Source: Neophaeotheca triangularis (taxonomy: Eukaryota). From it: 64,000 bases of DNA. Below are positions 57,421 to 64,000 of this stretch, piece by piece. The stretch is taken from the NCBI GenBank assembly GCA_054600435.1, contig BAAIJX010000027.1, forward strand, positions 1 through 64,000, written 5' to 3'. A program made the translations under genes and the position numbers. The notes below the pieces were generated by a model, which saw only the letters and a program-made list of their open reading frames with translations, made no database searches and had not been told where the DNA came from. Within the stretch, counting starts at the first letter, position 1, and each line of letters begins with the position of its first letter.

Positions 57421-58942
57421 ATGGCTTCCACCGCCCCCTTACCAGCACCTTTGCTATACCCAACGCCCTCAGAAGCCGCCCTCAAAGCACACTACGTCGG
57501 TCAGAACATCCAGAATGTCCAAGCGCCAGCCGTCATCCTCGATCAAGCGGTTATACGCCGTAACTGCAACTTGATGCTCGAAACGACCTCAAGACTAGGC
57601 CTAGGCTTCCGCGCGCACGTCAAAACCCATAAAGTCCGTTCGCCACCCTTTTCCCCTTTTTGAGACAATTTCGCAATCCCAACTAACCTCATATGTTCCC
57701 CAGACGACCGAATTGACCAAACTCCAACTCGGCCCCTCCCCCAAAGCTGTAAACCTCATAGTCTCCACCGTCGCCGAAGCGGAAAACCTACTCCCCCTCC
57801 TCCTATCCACCCGGACCCAAAACCCTCACACTCCCATCTCCCTGCTCTACGGACTCCCCGCAACACCCTCCAGCCTACCACGCCTCGCGAACATCGCGTC
57901 CAAACTCGGCCCCAACAGCCTCGCCCTCTTCGTCGACCACCCGGCCCACATCAAGCACCTGGAAACCAGTTTCGCCGACCCCTCGCACCCTTGGCCAGGA
58001 GACTCGATCCCCGTCTTCGTCAAAATCGACACGGGATACCATCGCGCCGGCGTCACCGCCGGCTCGGGCCAACTCGCCGACGTGGCTTACGCGCTCGCCG
58101 CCAGCGAGGTCACGCATGTCAAGGGCTTTTACGCGCACATGGGACACTCGTACGGGGCCGGGAGTGTGGAGGAAGCGGTGGCGATGCTCGGGCAGGAGCT
58201 GCGTGGGGTCGAGGAGGCCGCCGTGGCGTTCCTGAAATGCGGGGGCGAGAGAATCGGGAAGCGCGCACAGGGGAAGGTGTGTTTGAGTCTGGGTGCCACG
58301 CCGACGGCTACGGCTGCGCAGAATTTCCTCACCGAGGAGGGGGGTGGGCCTGTTGGGGCTCAGGTTAGGGAGGTGCGGGAGCTGGTTGAGCATGTCAATA
58401 GGTCGTTTGAGGTCGAGTTGCATGCCGGTGTCTATCCGGTTATGGATATGCAGCAGATGGCTACGCGAGCCAGGCCGAGGCATGTGAGTGGCCAGCCGGG
58501 CGAGACGCGTTTGGACTATGCGGATCTTGGGTTGCGGACGCTGGTCGAGGTGGCGAGTGTGTACGAGGAGCGCGGGAAGCCGGAAGCGGTGGTGGCTGCA
58601 GGATCGATTGTGTTGGGCAGGGAGCCTTGTAAGAGCTACCCTGGGTTTGGTGTCGTGACGCCTTTCCCTCAGGCTTTGAAGGGGGGAACTTTCTACGATC
58701 CAGAGGCAGAGGGAGAGAGGGAGGGCTGGATCGTGAACAGAGTGAGCCAGGAGCATGGAATTTTGAGTTGGGAGGGCTCACCAGAGCGGAAAAGGGAGCT
58801 GGCTATTGGGGATAAGTTGTTAATTTGGCCGAACCACGCTTGTATTGCTGGGGTCAACTTTGGGTGGTATTTGGTTGTGGATTCCGAGTCGGAGGATCCA
58901 TTGTGTGTGAGGGATGTGTGGGTTCGATGGCGGGGATGGTAG
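57421..58942 (+). CDS. DSD1: D-serine dehydratase-like PLP fold-type III enzyme; 2 exons
   Basis: FRAHVKTHK (PLP lysine), KIDTGYHRAG, YAHMGHSY, ELHAGVY, SQEHG, PNHAC. Confidence 0.88.
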
Positions 58943-59796
58943 GGTTTGATGGGATTGGCTTGATGTCTAGTGCGTACAGATGCTCTCTTTTTCCTGCCGT
59001 TGCCCTGCCTTTTTACTTCTGTTGGCGTGGGCTTTGGCGGATTACATACATGTTATTAGGCTTGAGCGACGAGAAGATACGTTGACGCTCATCAAAGCAA
59101 GGAGATGCTGTTGAATGCGTGGACTATATTTCTGCCGGAGACCCTTGCCGTTATACCACTGGTCAACTTAAGCAATCCACATCTAGATCGCCTGTTTCGC
59201 CTCGTTTGACAGCATAGGCAGATTATGGTATGATGGCTTCATCGTCGGCGACTCGAAGTCTCACAGCGGCGGAAACAGCTCTTAACATCATTGGAGACAT
59301 GACATCCCATCAAGAGGAGCTAGAGAGCCTCCAAGGGAGGCCACGCTGCTTATTTAGAAGGCCCTACTGATATGAAGCTGTTGATGATTGACTAGTCAAG
59401 CGAGTGAGACGGCTGCAAATACTGCTTCGAGAGGCGATCACGTCGACGTATTAGTTTTCGTGGAGTTGGAGTCTAGTAGACACGAGCGTGCACGAGGTGA
59501 GGTTGGTAAAGTCAAAGCCACGTGTAGTAGGGAGTGAAGCTTAGAAAGAACCCTAGGTATATAGCTATGTAGTGATACAAGTAGTGAAGTTGACCACCTA
59601 TTTCACACATAATAGTTGATGGGGGGAATAATTTGCCTGAGCACACGTATACTGTATATATAGACAGGTACAAGTGATAATAACCACGATTCTTTGTTGG
59701 TCGACACGAAATAGGAGGTAGTAAGGGGAGGGTAAGTAACGTTAGGTAGTAATAATTCATATTACTACTTGTATGTATTCCCTCGAGGATCAAAAG

Positions 59797-59807
59797 AGGA
59801 CACGTTG
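59797..59807 (+). promoter_or_regulatory. Possible UPR element (GGACACGT) upstream of PDI1
   Basis: aggacacgttg about 190 nt upstream of the ATG; a second CACGT core (gccacgtgt) at ~59517; resembles Hac1/XBP1 ACGT-core sites. The motif is short and could be chance. Confidence 0.3.
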
Positions 59808-59990
59808 GATTGGACCCTGAATTGACTGACACTTTCCGAGCTTCGCCCCTCGCACGCTCTCGCCCGCGGCGCATTGAACAAGAACACCTTTACCTACAAC
59901 CTTTACCTGAATTACTTGAAACTACAACTCTCCCTTCCTTCCCTACCTCCATTGACCCTCTTCAACACCACTGTTAAGAGTTTACCCATC

Positions 59991-61749
59991 ATGAAATACT
60001 CCCTCGGACTTATGGGTCTGTCCGCCCTGGCGGCGGCCAGCGATGTTCACGAGCTCGGCAAGGACACCTTTGAGCCTTTCGTCAAGGAGCACGATCTCGT
60101 CCTGGCAGAGTGTACGTATCATCTCTCCCACATGCTCAAGAGTATCCTCACACCTCCCCCACTAACACGTCCTGCCCTCGACAGTCTTCGCCCCCTGGTG
60201 CGGCCACTGCAAAGCTCTCGCCCCCGAGTACGAAGAAGCGGCCACCAGCCTCAAGGAGAAGGACATTGCTCTCGCAAAGGTCGACTGCACCGAGCACCAG
60301 GACCTGTGCATGGAATATGGCGTCGAGGGCTACCCAACCCTCAAGGTCTTCCGCGGCCCCGAGAACATCTCTCCCTACACTGGCCAGCGCAAGGCCCCCG
60401 CCATCGTCTCCTACATGACCAAGCAATCGATGCCCTCGGTATCGCTGCTCGAGAATGGGGACCAACTCGAGGAGTTCAAGACTGCCGACAAGGTTGTCCT
60501 TGTTGGCTTCTTTGGCGCCGACGACAAGAGCAGCAACACCACTTTCGGCGAGGTTGCCGATGATCTTAGGGACACTTTCCTCTTTGGCGCGACTTCTGAT
60601 GAGGCTCTCGCAAAGGCTGAGGGTGTTAGCCAGCCGGCCATTGTTCTTTACAAGAGCTTCGATGAGGGCAAGAACACTTTCGCGGAGAGCTTCACCAAGG
60701 ACAGCATCACGGAGTTTGCTGCCACCGCGGCCACCCCCTTGATTGGTGAGGTCGGTCCTGAGACCTACGCTGGCTACATGGCGGTAAGTTGAAGACAAAA
60801 CTCATGATTAGGATAAAATTTACTCGGAATGTCCGTTGACGCCCTACAGGCCGGCATCCCCCTCGCCTACATCTTCGCCGACACCCCTGAAGAGCGCGCT
60901 TCCCTCTCGGAAGAGCTCAAGCCCGTCGCTGAAGCGCAAAAGGGCAAGATCAACTTCGCTACCATCGACGCCAAAGCCTTTGGCCAACACGCCGGCAACT
61001 TGAACCTCGAAGTCGGCAAGTGGCCCGCCTTTGGCATCCAAGACACCGCCAAGAACCAAAAGTTCCCCTACCCAGCCGCCGGCTCTGCCTCCAACTTGAG
61101 CGCCAAGAAGATCACTTCCTTCGTCGAGGACTTTGTCGCCGGCAAGATTGAACCCAGCATCAAGAGCGAGCCCATTCCCGAGAAGCAAGAAGGCCCTGTC
61201 ACCGTCGTCGTAGCCAAGAACTACCAAGACATCGTCATGGACGACAACAAGGACGTGCTCCTCGAATTCTACGCCCCATGGTGCGGCCACTGCAAAGCCC
61301 TAGCCCCCAAGTACGACGAGCTCGCAGGTCTTTACTCTGGCTCCCACTCCGACAAGATCGTCGTCGCCAAAGTCGACGCCACGGCCAATGACGTCCCGGA
61401 CGAAATCCAGGGCTTCCCAACCATCAAACTCTACAAAGCCGGTGAGAAGGACGAGCCCGTCGACTACAGCGGCTCCCGCACCGTCGAGGACCTGGCCAAC
61501 TTCATCCGCGACAACGGCTCCCACCACATCGACGCTTATGGCGACAAGGCCGATGAGACCGAGGGTGTTGAAACCGACGATATGCCTCACCAGGCTCCCG
61601 CTGCTACCGAGAAGGCCGAGGAGGCTAAAGAGGAGGCAGAGGGGGCCGGCGAGAAGGTCAAGTCGGCTGCTAGTGCTGCTGCCGAGGCCGCGAAGACTGC
61701 TATGGTTGATATTGATGATGAGGAGACTGGCGAGCACGATGAGTTGTAA
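59991..61749 (+). CDS. PDI1: Protein disulfide-isomerase; 3 exons
   Basis: Signal peptide; two APWCGHCK thioredoxin sites; acidic tail ending HDEL. Confidence 0.98.
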
Positions 61750-63014
61750 GCAAGCCTTTTTACGTACGTCATCGAGAGGTTTTATGAGCTGCAGTGGCCG
61801 AGACATGTACGTTAGGCGCGGAGGCGAGGCGGTTGGAAAATGATTACGATTAGGTAGTTAGTGCGAGCGCTATCATAACCTGCTGTTGTGGCTTATGGCC
61901 TTTTATCTTGTGCGTGCGAGCTTTGTTCCTCAAGGTTTTGCAACGTGGAAATGCAATGCTTGTCATGACTTCGCTACCGCTCTCTCCTTCCTTTTCCTTA
62001 ACTCTGTACTGATTCAAGATAATAACGACGATTAGTCGCAAGGAATCTTCAACTCCCTAAGCCCCCCCGGCTATAGTCTCTAAGCTTCGCGGCCCCATCA
62101 GTAGCTTTTCCCATGTCGCGTCGCGCGGGACATCCTTCCCACTGCTGCCGTCCCTTGCCACGTAGGCACCTCTACAGTCATAATGGGACTGGCCTTGGTC
62201 ACCGAGAGCAGTGTAGCGAAGGCATCTCTCCAGAGCTAGTATGCTTGTCCCGGCCTCGATTCCAAGCAAGATTGCCTTGCCTTCTGTCTCTGAGAAACAT
62301 ACAAGAGCAGTAGCGTGTAACGCTCGTAGGCTGGTGGACACGCGAGCCGAGCGAGCAATTTCCCTTGAAGCAGCAATTGTTGTCGGCTATCAATGCTGTT
62401 GCGCGCAAGACCGTATCCTACAGTCCCCCCAGTCTATGCACGTGCGAGCCTCCAGAAGCTTTGGCGAGTACAGCGTTATAACGACGCCAGACTAGTGACG
62501 CGATCACCAGCCGGCGAGAGTAGACTCAAGGGGCTTTAAGAAGAAGAAGAAGAAAAAGAAGAAGAAACCCTGCAGAGGGGGCGACGTTTGTTTTTGGAGA
62601 CTGTTTAAGGGTCCTGTTAGTACTGCGTACAGCAGCCAGCATTTGCCGGGATGTGAAGAACGCGAGCCAGCGGTGGTTGCGGGTTGCGCTCACAGTAGCG
62701 GTGCGGTGTGCTGTGAGGTCTAGCAGGACTGAGAGTGTCGCTTTTGCCAGCAGCTTTGTCATCACAAGATGAAAGGACTAGGTAGCGTTCGAGGGACCAG
62801 TGTCGTGGGCACAAGTCTTTACAGTCGGAGGGTGGCCAGCTGGAAAGAGGAAAGAGGAAAGGAGGAAATGGTAGAAAGGTGCCTACGACCAACTACATTC
62901 CGTACTTTGATTTTTACAATCTTCGTCATAATCGTCATCGGTACCAAAATCTTCGATATCTTGATGCCTCTGCTTTATCCAGTCTCCGTGGATGAAGACC
63001 AAGCGACCGCAATC

Positions 63015-64000
63015 CTACGCCGGCACCCTACCATCACACATCGCCTCCATATCAGCCAAACTCACAATGCCCGTAGGCACACCACCCGGATCATCCCCAA
63101 ACTTCCTCACCTGCTCAGCACCAAGGCGTTCGTAGACCGGCCAATGCTGGCCTGCTAGTCCATTCTGCGGATCCTTGACAAAAGCCAAATAAGCATCCTG
63201 AAAAGCCTCGCTAGTCCTGTACTCCAGCTCGGAGCTCTCGCCCCTGAAATTCGGGTGCGTGCCGTGCAGCATCGGCAGCTCGGCGGAGTGGTAAGCGCCC
63301 ATCCACGGCTTGGGGCTGATGTTCGTGAAATTTCCCGCATAGAGGTAGCGGTGAGTGATCAGACCTGTTTCCTGGCGTAGATGGATGGTTTCGGTCGCCG
63401 GGCAGAAGAAGGTTTGGAGCAGTGCTTGCTGCGCGAGTTCCGGGTCGGGGCCGGAGGGCGAGTAGGGCGCAAAGGGCACGCCGTCTTCGGTGTTAGTGCC
63501 TATAATGGCCGGGAGGCGGGAAGACTGGTCTGCCAGGGCGCGAGCAGTGTAGTTGCTGAAAACGACTTTGTTGTCGGCGATGGGGTTGAAAGTTAGGGAG
63601 ATTTGGGAGGAGGGGTCGTCGGCTGTATCGGCGAGGTAGTTTTCGATGGTTGAAGCTGGGAGTGCGCGCATGCAGGTGAGTTGCGCAGAAGCATCACCCG
63701 GGCAGCCAAGGGCGTTGGCTACGCTGGTAAAGTTGGAGGTATCGGATGCGTACTCGCGGGCGTTTGCCGTGCCGGAGTCCATGATGAGTCCCTTGACAAT
63801 GGGATCTTCAGGGTACGCAAAGTTGTCTGTGGGAGTGACTGTTAGTTGCGTGTTGCTAGAAAGAGCGGCTTTTTCTTGATCGTCGGACGCAGCGAGTCAG
63901 GCAGCGTCTGCGGCGAGAACTCAAGTAAAGAGTCCAGGCTGGCAACCTGGGTGCTCTCGGCGTATAAGCCTGAGTTCATGGTTCATGAGGACTTACAGTA
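63015..64000 (-). CDS. Type-B carboxylesterase/lipase, 3' part only (5' end beyond the window; intron ~63996-63827)
   Basis: YNFAYPEDPIVKGLIMDSG, LTCMR, IIGTNTEDG, FFCP, GAYHSAEL (catalytic His region). Confidence 0.9.

Overview
Gene-dense window from a filamentous ascomycete (Pezizomycotina; short GT-AG introns with CTAAC/CTGAC branch sites; Dothideomycete-like is an inference from protein style). About 24 protein genes can be reconstructed, mostly housekeeping or secreted enzymes: a GPI-type GH13 amylase, FNT channel, Zn2Cys6 TF, OCT1, an MFS transporter, a Ras-like GTPase, wc-1, a class II aldolase, M28 and M14 peptidases, SDHAF3/ACN9, MTQ2, a Nudix hydrolase, BNA6, TAN1, DSD1, PDI1 and a partial carboxylesterase. 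No rRNA, tRNA, CRISPR array or intact transposon was found. The most unusual signal is non-coding. (1) Around a degenerate APH/kinase-like gene (48416-49553), about 0.7 kb upstream (~47.3-48.0 kb) and 0.5 kb downstream (~50.0-50.5 kb) are complementary through more than ten colinear helices. These are rich in G-U pairs and carry side hairpins, a three-way junction and a pseudoknot-capable U/A-rich module, suggesting a ~3.2 kb end-to-end folded + strand RNA. (2) A separate, compact ~520-nt multibranched RNA-like fold with GAAA tetraloops lies at 37968-38489. All pairings were found by eye; no folding or homology search was run.
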